This document shows, one piece after another, positions 47,760 to 60,613 of a stretch of 64,000 nt of DNA; positions within the stretch are counted from its first letter, which is position 1; each line of letters begins with the position of its first letter. The notes under the pieces were generated by a model. The model searched no databases. It had not been told where the DNA came from and saw only the letters and a program-made list of their open reading frames with translations. The DNA comes from Neoechinorhynchus agilis. Taxonomy: Eukaryota > Animalia > Acanthocephala. Location of the stretch: NCBI GenBank assembly GCA_051530055.1, contig CM121342.1, forward strand, positions 8,633,480 through 8,697,479, given 5' to 3'. The translations under genes and the position numbers were made by a program.

Positions 47760-49500
47760 TCCATCAAAGATTTTTATCCCTTTATCAGCCTACTCCAATA
47801 AAACCCTTCTCCTATACAACAATCAGTTTATTTGGTCCCAATGCGGTGTCCAGCAGGGTGACCCCTTGGCCCCATTGGATTCGCGTGTACAATCAATGAA
47901 TTGGTACAATCAATAATTTCTCCTTTCAACGGCTGGTACCTGGATGACGCCACACTCAGCGGTGATCCCCAGGTTGTTTTAAGAGACTTACAAGCTGTTA
48001 TAAGCGAAGCAGGAAACTTGGGCCTCGAACTGAATTTCGAAAAATGCGAAATCCTTTTTCAGGGATTCGATGACAGTTCACGTTCGACGATCATCACAGA
48101 TTTCCGGCAAGTTGCTCCCAGGGTGCGCGAGGTTACAAAATACGAATTTAATCTCCTCGGAAGCCCCATTTTCGCCGAAAATATCTCAAAGGACCTCGAG
48201 GCCCATATACCGAAGCTCGAATTATTATGTACAAGAGCATGTGAGTTGTCGGCGCACGAAGACTTCTTCCTTTTAAAGAATTGCCTATACATCCCCAAAT
48301 TGATGTATAAGCTGAGAGCTGCTCCGTGTATCGGGGAGAAAAGAGTTTTATCGGATCTCGACGGGTTTTGCGCTCTTTTTTAAAGAAAATTTTAAATATA
48401 AATATTACGGATACGGGCTGGCGGCAGGCCACGTTCCCAACCTCTTTTGGCGGCCTCGGCATCCGCGCAGTGTCTGATTTAGCCCTTCCAGCGTTCCTCG
48501 CCTCTTACCGAGCCAGCAAAACGTACGCGGAAGCCATTTCCAACATGAGACAAAGCTCGCAACATTATTTGGACGGTTTATCGATCTGGCAATCCCAGAC
48601 AGAGATCCCGCACCTTCCGGAAAGTGACCACAAGCAGTCGGCCTGGGACCTTCCCCTCATAAAGAAGATTCACAAATCCCTTAATGATCTTCTCGACGAG
48701 GTTTCCCAAGTTCGTCTTGCGGCGTGCTCTACAAAGGAATCGGGAGCCTGGCTAAATGCTCTCCCCGCCCCGACAATCGGAACTCTTCTAGAGGATTCTA
48801 TATTTTTAAGTTTTACTGGCAAGCCGGTATGTTATGATCACTCAATTTTAGACATAAGGATCGCAGTTTCTTTAAGATTGGGCCAGGATATTTGTATCCC
48901 GCATCGCTGTCGCTGCGGATCTATAGTTGAAGCCAATGGCAGACACGGCCTCTGTTGTAAAATGTCCAGAGGGAGGTTTCCAAGACACTCAGAATTGAAC
49001 TCAATTTTGAGTAGAGCCCTAGATTCCGTCCACGTGCCCAATATTTAAGAGCCAAGTAACTTGTGCCGCCTAGACAGCAAGCGACCTAACGGTGTCACGG
49101 TTTTTCCATGGCGGGAGGGAAAACCGCTTTTATGGGATGCGACTTGTGTGGACACGCTTGCGCCCAGTAATTTTCCCTTTTCAAAAAAGAGCCTTGGAGG
49201 TTCAGTGGTCGCAGCTGAGGAACGAAAGCGTTCAAAATATAGAGAGCTCCTAAGGAATTACCATTTCGTCCTTTTTGCCGTGGAAACGTATGGAGCCTTG
49301 GGACCATCAGCGCTCACTCTTCTCGACGATTTGGGACGAAGGACGAAAAGGATGACGGGGGAACCGCACTCTAGAAATTTCCTCGCTCAACGAATCGCTA
49401 TTGCGATACAGCGAGGGAAGGCTGCCAGTATACAGGCAACGTCAACAAGTTCACAGGAATAAATTGTAATCGTTGTAAATTAATAATTATTTGTAATGAT
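47760..49500 (+). mobile_element. CRE-like retrotransposon, 3' two-thirds, disrupted
   Basis: GVQQGDPL, GWYLDDATLSG, QATFP..GGLGIR, SGAWLNALP, CRCG..HGLCC, RPNGVTVFPWREGKPLLWDATCVDT, QRIAIAIQRG. Confidence 0.9.
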
Positions 49501-50309
49501 GATCAACAAAAATGGAATATCTATTTCTTTATTTTGAGAAGCGAAAATACAAGTCCCTGAACCATGTACCTCAGGTATCCAATGAAAACTTGTAACTTGT
49601 AAGCTTTGGACTCCTTTTAGAAGATTATTTGTGTATTTATTGTTCCACCTTTGCAGCTCATAAACGTAAAAGTCGTAAGGTTGTTGTTTTGTGCTCTTTC
49701 CTCCAAATCGATTTGTGCGAGAAATTGAAGGATGAAAAATGTTGGGGCGACGAGTGTTTTAAATGTGAGAGAAATCTGTGGTAGAAATTAAGGAGGAGGA
49801 GAATGAAGGTGCTCTGAATACTTTTGAAATATTGGAACGAGGTGTTTTTCTAAAGGCAGGAGTTCGGAGGAGAAGATTAGAGCGCACCTCCCTTGTGAAC
49901 GGTATTAAGTTTTTGGAATAAATCAGAAGAAAATTTGCAAAAGGTTGGATATGCGTAGGTGAACGTTGTTAATGCACAAAGAATAGGACCCCCTCGATTT
50001 CTGATAGGATAAATGAATGTGGCGGTTGTTGTTTTGAATCTTCAGTCAATTGTTTGTAAGTTTTTAAATATGATAGTCTGAGACTTAACGTTGCGAAGTA
50101 CGCCACTTACAGCTGGCAGTTTTCACAAAAACCCGATTGAATCAATAATAGACGGTGAGAGGCTACTTGGGAGGAGAACCGTTGGTTACACATAAACCCG
50201 AAGAGTTCCTGTAAAAGATTGACGAGTCCTTCAAAAGGGTACACGGTCAGAACACTTGCTAAACGATTACACCGTACCGTCATCACATCAATCAACGATA
50301 TCGAATCCC

Positions 50310-50525
50310 ACTAGCGGATAAGGCTTGTCTCGGCGCCAATGGAAGTAAATAATGATTTTGACCGAAGTCCTTGTATCATGTCTTTTGCGGTACTCGGCAG
50401 CGCTCGCTGCTTTCCTGGTTTAATAGTGGCGAATTTCATATTGCTGGCTGCGAGCGTGTCCACAAACGTAGCGTCCCAGGGAAGATATTTGCCACCCCTC
50501 GCTACGGGGAATACTGCGACACCGT
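50310..50525 (-). mobile_element. CRE-like RLE fragment
   Basis: GVAVFP..LPWDATFVDTLAAS remnant, homologous to 25150-25320. Confidence 0.7.
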
Positions 50526-50798
50526 AAAAAATTATTTATTGATTCTGCTGGATTTCATCTAAGACTGTTTTTCCAAAGAACATTCCAAATTTGCAGCTAT
50601 GTTCCTGATATGCAATGTCGCGAGATTACTTGGCAGATACGAAGACCAATCTTGGCTCCTAAAAGCACAATCTTTCCTCCTTCCCCTCAGAATGTTAGGT
50701 TGTGTCACTAACGCAGCGTAGTATTCATAATTCTCTAGGAATCTTTTGACTCCTTTTGGTAGTGGTCTATAGTATACCTAAGCGCTGCTTTCAGGATC

Positions 50799-51798
50799 AT
50801 GCGGCGAATAAAGCAATCCGAGCAACCAATTGGTTTCAATAAAGCAACACGAGTGAGTTATGCCTTCAATTCGCACAAATCAAAATAGCCATGTTTCTTC
50901 TTTTATCGATATTTGATATCGTTTCATCTACAAATCCTAGTTTTCTTTTACTGTCAATGAACTTACGATTAAAAAATGAACACACTCAATCTTCAATTGC
51001 AGAATGTTGATTTGAAAAGTAAAATCTAAAATCTTTTACGTTCCCCTTAGGTTCGAAAAAACATGGGTTCATCCACACTGCGTATAATACTGATATGGAT
51101 ATTTCTTATTGTGCTCATTTCAATACCAATCGCATTGGTTTTGAAATGGATGATGCTTAATTCGGAACCGTTCAATGTTCACGCACCGTCCGTATTCATC
51201 CCGCATCCACCTATGGCGATTATCGGTGCCATTGCAGTTCCATCAATCGCTAGCATATTATTTAAATACACACAAATCGATACAAATCCGATGATGAGAC
51301 GAAGGATAAAGCTTTTACACCTTATTCTCCACTTATCTGGGAACTCTCACTGAGCTTCTGATAGCTGAGAATTCCTAAAGAGTATCCGGAGTTGCCACAA
51401 CCGCTGTCAGTATTTATTTTGCATTCCAATCTCACGTAGTAAAGAGAATTCCGCACTTTTATTCTATTCATTCAATCATGGGATTAATTTCAATATCATT
51501 AGCTGCTGTGCAGTGGATTTTATCTTTCATTGCGTTTCAATATCCAACGTTGTCCTCGCAAACCAGATCCAAATCGATGCCATATCATCGATACTGCGGA
51601 GCAATGCTACTTGTTTTATACGCTGCGACTGTGGTGCTGGGAATAACAGAAAAAGCCATTTTCTCTGGTGAATATTCAGCAAAAAAACAAGTTACGCACT
51701 TGGCCAATATCAGTGGGATTGCCGTCATTGCGATCACAATATTCACAGTTTCTTGGATTATTCAGAAATCGGTTCCAGCAAAAGCATTAAAAACGTAA
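50799..51798 (+). CDS. Cytochrome b561-family protein (exons 50799-50852, 51051-~51340, ~51381-51798); the second intron has no GT/GC donor
   Basis: Heme-ligand motifs FIPHPPM, KLLHLILH, FQSH, HFYSIHSIMG, PYHRYCG, GITEK. The first intron gtgagt...ccttag is in frame. Confidence 0.88.
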
Positions 51799-52499
51799 AA
51801 AGTAGAACGTTCAGAAGAAATCGACATCTTGTGCGAGGAGAGGTGGCTCAAAATAAACATTATCGTATTATTTCTCTTACAGAAAGTATTGAAGGATTGA
51901 TGGAACAAATCATTTCATTTTTCTATATGACAGGTTGGGAATGCGCCTAAATACGCAACCTAATTGAAGATTATCATTCAACCTTCCTTTCTCGTTGGTT
52001 CTTAATATGGCCGTTTCTTTACCTCGTAAAAGTGGTAGCAAAATTCAGTTGACCAGAGTATTCAAAGCGAAATGTCTTGATAAATTCTCGTTGATACAAA
52101 CAAAGTTAGCGTTGAAGGTATTTAAAAATCTCTAACTTGATTAACTATTTATGTGCAAAAGTTTAATTTGGCAATCAAAAGAGAGATGAGGATAAACATA
52201 GTGAAACTCTAATGCAATGGTTTTGAAAGCATTTTAAAAGCATTATATACATTTTGATAAGCAAATTTTGGAGTAAATTAAATAGATAAGGTATTAAATT
52301 TGTTTAATAATCTATTAGATTCCCAAGTGATAATTTTAAACCATGAGAATTCCTTTCGATTAAAACGAGCTCGGTTTCTGCAACAAATCATAGTCAATAA
52401 AAACTTTCCAATGTCTTTTTTCAAAAAAGGATAAAATTGGCATACCTGAACTTCGACACTTAGTGGATCATAAAAGGCGGAATTTGATAAACCAAAGGA

Positions 52500-52821
52500 G
52501 TTTAGGTCTTTGATTGCAACGAAACGATCGTTCAAATATCGTTATATTCTAAACTAGGAGATGTTCCAATTGGTCGAGCAAATGGCAAGCAATGAGGATT
52601 CCTCAAGCATAAACTGGTTCCTCCGAAAATTAAGGATCATATTCAAGAAAATATTGGAAGCAAACCACTGCAGGCTACCGCGCCATCAACTCGGAAACGG
52701 CTTATTGAAAACACAAATAAAGAAACGGCACAGAAGGAAGGTAGCGAACAAAGAGGATCCGCCGTCTTTTAAACTGAAGAGGTCAAAAACAATAGAAAGT
52801 AAACATTTAAAAAAATCATAA
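52500..52821 (+). other. Lineage-specific coding fragment paralogous to 38390-38640
   Basis: About 260 bp of alignable DNA; many of the differences fall at third codon positions of the MFQLVEQ.. frame. Confidence 0.45.
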
Positions 52822-54008
52822 GTCACCTCTTGAAGAAATGAATAGACAAAACACTGATAATATGAAACTGCCATCGTTTTAACCAAAATTGCAACGATTA
52901 AAATGGTTATTGAAATTCCAGATTTCTGTTCGTACAAAAAATCAACTTGCAATTTCAAAAATAATTTCTTAAGCTTTTTAGCGATGCTTAAATGAAGTTT
53001 ATTTCTTTCCAAATCTTGTAATTCTCAAAAAAAATTCATCAACGAAAAATCTGGTGTTTGCTCCTTAAAGATTGTGGAAGAAAAATTAATATTCTCTCCG
53101 AGGTCACAAAATCATTCACTTTTCCCTTATCATCGATAATGCAAGAATGGCAATCGTTTACGATTTTAATCAAATTCTATAGAAATCAGCAATTCTCGCG
53201 TGAAATGCCAATAGTACTGTGAGCTTCCAAATCTTTACAAATTCAGGCTTTTCAGCAAAAATTATAGCGCCATCGCAATGGAGACTTTAAACTCATTTAT
53301 TTTAATTTTATCACTGAATTACTGCTTTCCTGAAAAATTAAATCACCTGTAAATCAGTTTTTCTTGATTTTCGATTTGTCTGTCAGCAATAATTATTTTT
53401 AAAACGCACACTCATTTGACATTAAATCCTCAATATCCATCAAATTTCTTTTTGGAAGATGATCGGCGTTCGATTCCACGACACCGAAATCTGATCTTCG
53501 AAAAACGTTCATTAATCGAAAGTCTTCAGTGCGGCATCGATCAAGACATCGATTTGATTCCGTCTCTTAAATCGGTCCTTTTTTTAAAAGAAAAGTTTCA
53601 TCTACGACCTTTTTGAGCACGGAAAATCTTCTTGGTAATAAGCAAATAAAATTATTGTCGATTTAGTAAACAAAAGTCCGCGTCGGGATTTTATTGTACA
53701 TTTTAGAAGAAAAGAATGCTGCCGAATTTTATTGCATTTTTGTTAAAAAAGGAGAAAAATAATTCGAAAAAGCGCAGTTTCCTGGCGACAGATTTTACGA
53801 GGCAGGCGAGAATTCTTCAACTGAACCACCGTTGTCCTTGAACTGATATCTTGGTTAAAATTCAACTTTTACGTTTTTGTGCACCAAAAATGCACAAAAG
53901 TACGAATAAGTTAACCTTCAACGATAATTGGGATAAAAGCAGCCGTTCACTTAGGGATCCCTTCAGAAGATCTTTCTCATTAGATTATTTTCTCAAATTA
54001 CAATCTAA

Positions 54009-55503
54009 TCATCTTGTTTTTCTCTTCAGATTCTCCAAAGCTTCACAATGACGCTTTCTATTGATTGCGTTCAATTCACTTGCACGCTCAGGATTCTCAG
54101 CAATCCGCATTTCTGCTGCTTCCTCATTGCCGTTATGGATTTCGATGATAGCTTCTCCGCGCTCCACCTTATCGAAAAGAGACGAATATGCCGATTGCAG
54201 TTGAGTTGGATTTGTTCTCCTTAGACGCCATTATGGACATCAATGTTTTTTCGGCAAAATCGATAGCTTTTTTAAGCGTAATGGCTCTCAGCGGTCGTCC
54301 ACGTTGAAATTCTTTTACGATGACTATCGATTTGTAAAACATTCTTCGGTCTTTACCTGATAAATGTTTGAGAAGATATTTTACGACGGATAAAAACTTA
54401 CAATGAACATATTGCTTCCGCACTTCTCTTAAGAAAATCTTTATCGTTGGAATCATAGAACCCAGCTCTTGCTCAGTCTGTGCTCTGGTCATTCCCAGAA
54501 TTTCTATTAGAGCGTTAGACCGGATTTTTTGTCTTAATATATTACCTTCGTCATTCGAAATATTATTTGGTTGAAGAGTTGGTTCCATGTAGACCGGATC
54601 TTGGGCCTGAGATTGATTAAATACAGCATTTGAATTTGTTAATCTTATCGCCGATTCTTGGAAATGATTACCGCTATGTTCGGAAAAGTTTGGTTCAACT
54701 TTTAGCGGTTGGAAAATTTCTTGATTAAAAAACGGTGTTTGTTGCTGTACATTTCTTTGACCGTCGAGTACACCTACAGGTTGGAGTTGTTGAAATTGAT
54801 TGGTGAAATCAATCGGCTGATCAATGTACATCGACATATTTGGTTGGCTGAGTGGTTGGGACTGATTAGGTGGGAAGGGCGCTTCATATTGATTAAATTG
54901 ATGGATCGGATGCTGTTGACTCATTGGGTTGTAGCGATTCGGCTGTCTTGTTTGATATAATCGCTGATTTTGGAGCATTGGATTCAGTATATTCTTCGAT
55001 TGCCAGACATGGTTCGACCTTTGAGGTTGGTTTGTTGTAAATGTCGGCTCCAATTGAGTGGGTCGACCGATCGGTTCGGTTTGATTGTAATAAAACGAAC
55101 TTTCATATCGATTTGATTCGTCGATCGGATTCCGTTGATTCGTTGGGTGATAGCAGTGCATGCCTTGTTCGTTTCGTTGATATTCGAACATTGGGCCGTC
55201 CTGCTCAAATTGATTAAATTGGCCAATTGATTCAAGACGATTTATCTCGTGGTCCGATTGTGTAGCGTTCACCTGCATTTGGTTGCTTAATTGTTGCCGT
55301 GGTTCATAGTAGCCGGTTGTTGTATGTCTCATTTCTGGTCGCGTTGCTCGTCGATTCGTCCGAAAATGCCCCGACTGATTAACCACTTGATTAAATAAAT
55401 CCAGCACTGATTTATAGTATTGAGAGAGATTGCTAGATTTGGTGTATAAATCCTCTTCTGTGCATGTCGGAGATTCGTCGTGTGGACGTCCTCCCAAATC
55501 CAT
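54009..55503 (-). CDS. Orphan Q/N/P-rich protein with a basic helical C-terminal domain; probable extra 3' exon 54167-54009
   Basis: 470-codon ORF; the second ATG (55503) follows the acceptor ttttatag. After ...cgataag| a 52-codon exon (VERGEAIIEIHNG...KRKTR*) lies in another frame. Confidence 0.7.
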
Positions 55504-56085
55504 AATATTTTGTCTATAAAAAACCGATTCGCATTGCAAAGATATCGCGATGAAGGAATTCCTACATCGTTTTAGTAACATAAAGACGATTCTCGTAGGC
55601 TATTTCCATTTGCATTCACTTTCTAGATCGTTGAGTTGTTTCGTATGATGATCGAGTTAAGCGATGATTTTTGTATAAAGATGGAATATCGCCTATTCTT
55701 ACCATTCCGATAAAGCTACAAATATTGGAAACTGTGAATTGAATGGGCGGACTTAAGAATATTTATTTGAAAAATGTACATCTTCTGCTGCAATAAATCG
55801 ATTTTTAGAGTTCTTTGAGCAAAAGAATTTTTGTGACAGTTGAGTTGAAATTCTCCTATTTGCTTAGGTCTAGAAAGTTAAAGAAAGTGAAAAGGAAGCA
55901 AATGTTGCGATCTTACTTAAAAAAATTGCGCATTTGACAATTCAGAAAATTCCTTAGTTAACTCAGTCTCAGTCAAATGGTTCTTGAAAGTCTTTTGATT
56001 TTAAGTGTACATCTTCTTGGCCATAGCAAAAGGCAGAAATCAATTCTCAAGAATATAAAACGCTCTCACTTTATTTTACTAAGAA

Positions 56086-56911
56086 TATAGCGATCCATCT
56101 TGAAAGTCTTCGAATAAGTAAATTTGCATCTAAAAAAGGTTGAAAAATGAAATTCTCTAATGATTCCAATCAGCCGTGAGTTTCTGAAGAATGCGGCAAA
56201 TAATTCTCTATCTAGACAAATTCACAAAAATCTTTAAACGAACAAATGCAGTGCATTCAAAATATCAACAATTTAATTCTATATTAAATCTTATAAAAAA
56301 ATTCAAATTCATAAAAAAAATAAGGACAATAGATTAAGTGCCCAGTATTGGAGCTTTTATTTCATCAGTGCTTAAGAAATCCCACGAAGATAATAAGAAA
56401 TGTCAGAAAAAATCGAGTAATTAAAAATGGCATTCGTGAGCAAAACAATAGTCAATCAGCCTAGACAATGACATTTTCCTACGTCCCTAGAAAGTGTTAG
56501 ATTTAACGATATTTCGTCCTATTTAAAGTCTAGCGAACTATATGTTTTAATCGACCGATAATAATTTTAGAGATTCGTTTACATGTGATTTATCTACGCT
56601 GAAAAGAAACTTCCTATTCATCCCTCAGCTAATTTATAGAATAGAAAACATCTATTTCAATTCTTTTCATTCGAGCAATCAAATATCTCTGCAAATGCAT
56701 TCTTAATAATCATAGAAATAAAAATTTAAAGCGTATTGTTAAGAAACAAGTTCCCTACAATTCGCATAAGGTTCAGAAAAAGCTGCTTGATTGGAAAAAT
56801 TGGGTTTCCGGTCAAACATAATAATCATTTCGCCATTTATGCTTGCAACAATGAGCTTCAAAAAAACGAACGTTGGCTTAAAAGCTAAACGTGAGTATAT
56901 TCTAAAATATA
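56086..56911. repeat. ~825-bp near-identical direct repeat, copy 1
   Basis: tatagcgatccatcttgaaag...gtgagta..attctaaaatata recurs at 59787-60613, with differences seen only near the ends. Confidence 0.95.
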
Positions 56912-59786
56912 ACGTATTCATTTACCGTCAAATCAACCTTTTTTAACAATGCCTTCTTCTCCACAGCGAGGTTATAACAATAAATGATCATGCAAGCAGC
57001 GTGATTGCCAATTGTTTTATAATTTAGAGGACCTATTCGATCATGTTTTTAGGTCTAATTACGATACGTTTGCTTAAGAATCATTGCTTAAATTTGTCAA
57101 AGCAGAAAAACCCATAAGGTGTACTCTGACAATCTAGTTCGCTCGTACTGGAAAATATTGTACAAAGAGGTCTTTAATATCTAAAATTAGGACTGCATTC
57201 GTCCGAAACAAGGGCGATTGGCAATAAAATTGAACAGAGTAATCGCAAATAACTAATCATAGCTGAATCTTGTGATCTATTTTTCAGCTTCTTTCTACTG
57301 CTTATGAGCGCACAGAAGATTGTGATTTATAGTTTTACTCATACTAAGGACTTGTACGTTCATTTTAAGGAGCATTCTTATTAAAAATCGGTGCTTAGTA
57401 TGATATTTAAAAAACAATCTTTCTTGAAATTTATTTTCTAAACCTTTTTTTCAAATGTTGTAAAGATGCACAGCATACCGATTTTTCAAACCCAGAATCA
57501 AAGTTTTAGTTTGGCATCAATATTTTATTTTGGATAAGTTTTTTAGTCATCGAGGCAAAAACAATTTGCCATTGATTTTGCTGAGGTACCTTACAAAATG
57601 ATCGAGTTTAGGAATATAAAATTGCAAAACCGTTTTTACGAAGCGACGAATTGAATAAAAAAACATAAGCCCAAATAATGCATAAAGCCTAAAACAATTA
57701 GTTTAAGATTAAATTGGGTATTTAGCCGTCGAACAGTTTAGTGTGTTCATTTTGTATGGATAAAGAAAGCTAGAACAGGAAATATAGAAATTTAAAAGCA
57801 GTATTTAACAACTATGGCAACAAGGAAATCGAATTTCTCATTTTTGTACGGATGTCGTGAAGGACAAAATAGCAAAAAAATAATAAATATAAAATTTAGC
57901 GTTCACAGAATTAAAACGCAACATTAACATGAACGTTTTAAAATCTTATTTCTCACTTTTGTTGTTGGGAACTGCGACCATCGTAAGCTTTCAGCATACA
58001 AATGGCAAAATTAATGAAAAGGTACTGAAGATTGAATACTTTCAGTATCAAGCAAAAAAAATCGAAAAGTTATTTCCAAATATGGCATAACAAAAGGTTA
58101 TCCGGAGAGCACAGTGTCAAGGATAACAATTTTGCAAAGGGCGATGCAAGAAACAATAAAGACAATATCAAGAAAATGACTCAAGTTTCAGATAATTATA
58201 ATTTTGCGCATAAAAGAGAACCGAGCCTCAATTCAAGAGAAACGACCGGCTCAAATTGATTTGATACCCGAAAAGACAAATGCAAGAAAACGAGAAGTTC
58301 TGATATAAAATTCACGACAAATTTCTGAGCCTTGAGAGCCGAGCTTTGTATTAAAAGATGCAAGTGAACGTGTTTCGGTAATTATTCCCGGCTATCAAAT
58401 TAAGGAAAAGTAGCTCTTAGCATTAAAAGGTGTATTGCTTCCTGCGCATCCGAATGCTTTAAACGGCTAAAAAGACGACACCTTCACTTTCCGGTAAAAT
58501 GGGCAATACCAAAGAAAAACCCTTTAATGTTGAGAACGTAAAAAAACAGACAATTGTAAAGTTGAAGATACATAGAATTGTGGAAAATTTATTTCTGACG
58601 ATCATATCTAATTGTCGGTAAATCATGAACTAGTTTCGTGCTTCGAAAATGGTTCGAAAAGAAGAGTTTCGAAAGCTAATGGTAAATCGAATATTCTCGA
58701 GTGCCTGAACGAGTACCGAAAGCGATGTTTTACATTTTATTTATTAAAATTCGCTAAAGAAATCAAATTTGAAAATGCATCTTGACGCTCCAATCAGAAT
58801 GCGCTAACAGTTTTTCGGACACCGAAGCTGATTTTTTTGACTATGTAACGAAAAAGGCTAGCATTTCTGGATCGTATACGGAAATTTAGCCATGAAACTA
58901 AAACTCTTCCTTACGAAAATGTATTCCTAGAAAGCAGCATTATAACAAAAGTCTAGCAATAGACACTTCACAGAATAACACGGCCAAGATTCAAGAGATT
59001 TACGGAGGTTTCAAAAAGCTATAATTTATGTATTACAAACGAGTTGAGTTATTCATTCGATGACAAATGTTACGGAATGTGCCGCGAGTTAAATTTTATC
59101 TAATCGATTATATTTGCGAAAAGAAAAATGCAAGTGAACCAGTGGTTATACGATAAATTCGACCGAAAAGTCAAGGTCCATGAGAACCGAGCTCTGCACT
59201 GGAAAATGTTGACAGAAGTGCCTTGGCGATTATTGTCGACTATCGGAACACGGAAATTAGCACAGGAAAGTGTTTGTCGTCCTGCAAAAACGGATGCATT
59301 GAAATCTCACAACGAACTTGGATTGGACTAAATTGTGGGGTAGAAAATTCTGGATCCAGCGAAAAGAAGAAAGGCACGAGCGGTAATGGAGAATATAACC
59401 TAATTAGCGCAGAAAATCATAAACGTCTTGTTTGTTCGAAAAACTACATAAAAATGCGGGACTCCGAATTATTGAGAAATAGAACGGTCTAGAACACTTA
59501 AATGAATGCCGACAACGATGCCTAAAACGTTGTTCGCTAAAATGCGTTCAATTTGAAAGTGACGAACAACTGACCGGGAACAATAATCTGACCAAATTTA
59601 ATCTCCAAATTGAGAGGAGATCTACATCCATCATGGACAGCAAAAGTTTCTTGGTTAACTAAAATCGATTAAGAAACACATAAAGTGGCAACGAATCTTA
59701 TAAACGATTCTTTGATAAGATTTATAAATCGCTACGAGTGCAATTGTTCAAAATGCTTGATATTCAGAACTTACTTCCCGAAAATC

Positions 59787-60613
59787 TATAGCGATCCATC
59801 TTGAAAGTCTTCGAATATGTAAAATTGCATCTAAAAAAGGTTGAAAAATGAAATTCTCTAATGATTCCAATCAGCCGTGAGTTTCTGAAGAATGCGGCAA
59901 ATAATTCTCTATCTAGACAAATTCACAAAAATCTTTAAACGAACAAATGCAGTGCATTCAAAATATCAACAATTTAATTCTATATTAAATCTTATAAAAA
60001 AATTCAAATTCATAAAAAAAATAAGGACAATAGATTAAGTGCCCAGTATTGGAGCTTTTATTTCATCAGTGCTTAAGAAATCCCACGAAGATAATAAGAA
60101 ATGTCAGAAAAAATCGAGTAATTAAAAATGGCATTCGTGAGCAAAACAATAGTCAATCAGCCTAGACAATGACATTTTCCTACGTCCCTAGAAAGTGTTA
60201 GATTTAACGATATTTCGTCCTATTTAAAGTCTAGCGAACTATATGTTTTAATCGACCGATAATAATTTTAGAGATTCGTTTACATGTGATTTATCTACGC
60301 TGAAAAGAAACTTCCTATTCATCCCTCAGCTAATTTATAGAATAGAAAACATCTATTTCAATTCTTTTCATTCGAGCAATCAAATATCTCTGCAAATGCA
60401 TTCTTAATAATCATAGAAATAAAAATTTAAAGCGTATTGTTAAGAAACAAGTTCCCTACAATTCGCATAAGGTTCAGAAAAAGCTGCTTGATTGGAAAAA
60501 TTGGGTTTCCGGTCAAACATAATAATCATTTCGCCATTTATGCTTGCAACAATGAGCTTCAAAAAAACGAACGTTGGCTTAAAAGCTAAACGTGAGTAGC
60601 ATTCTAAAATATA
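59787..60613. repeat. ~825-bp near-identical direct repeat, copy 2
   Basis: See copy 1. Confidence 0.95.

Noticed and set aside
52593-52595. Conserved TGA as selenocysteine or a recoded stop in an alternative frame of the 38/52-kb paralogs
   Set aside because: The substitution pattern favours the MFQLVEQ frame, in which these bases are not a stop. No SECIS was seen, and the conserved genes use the standard code.
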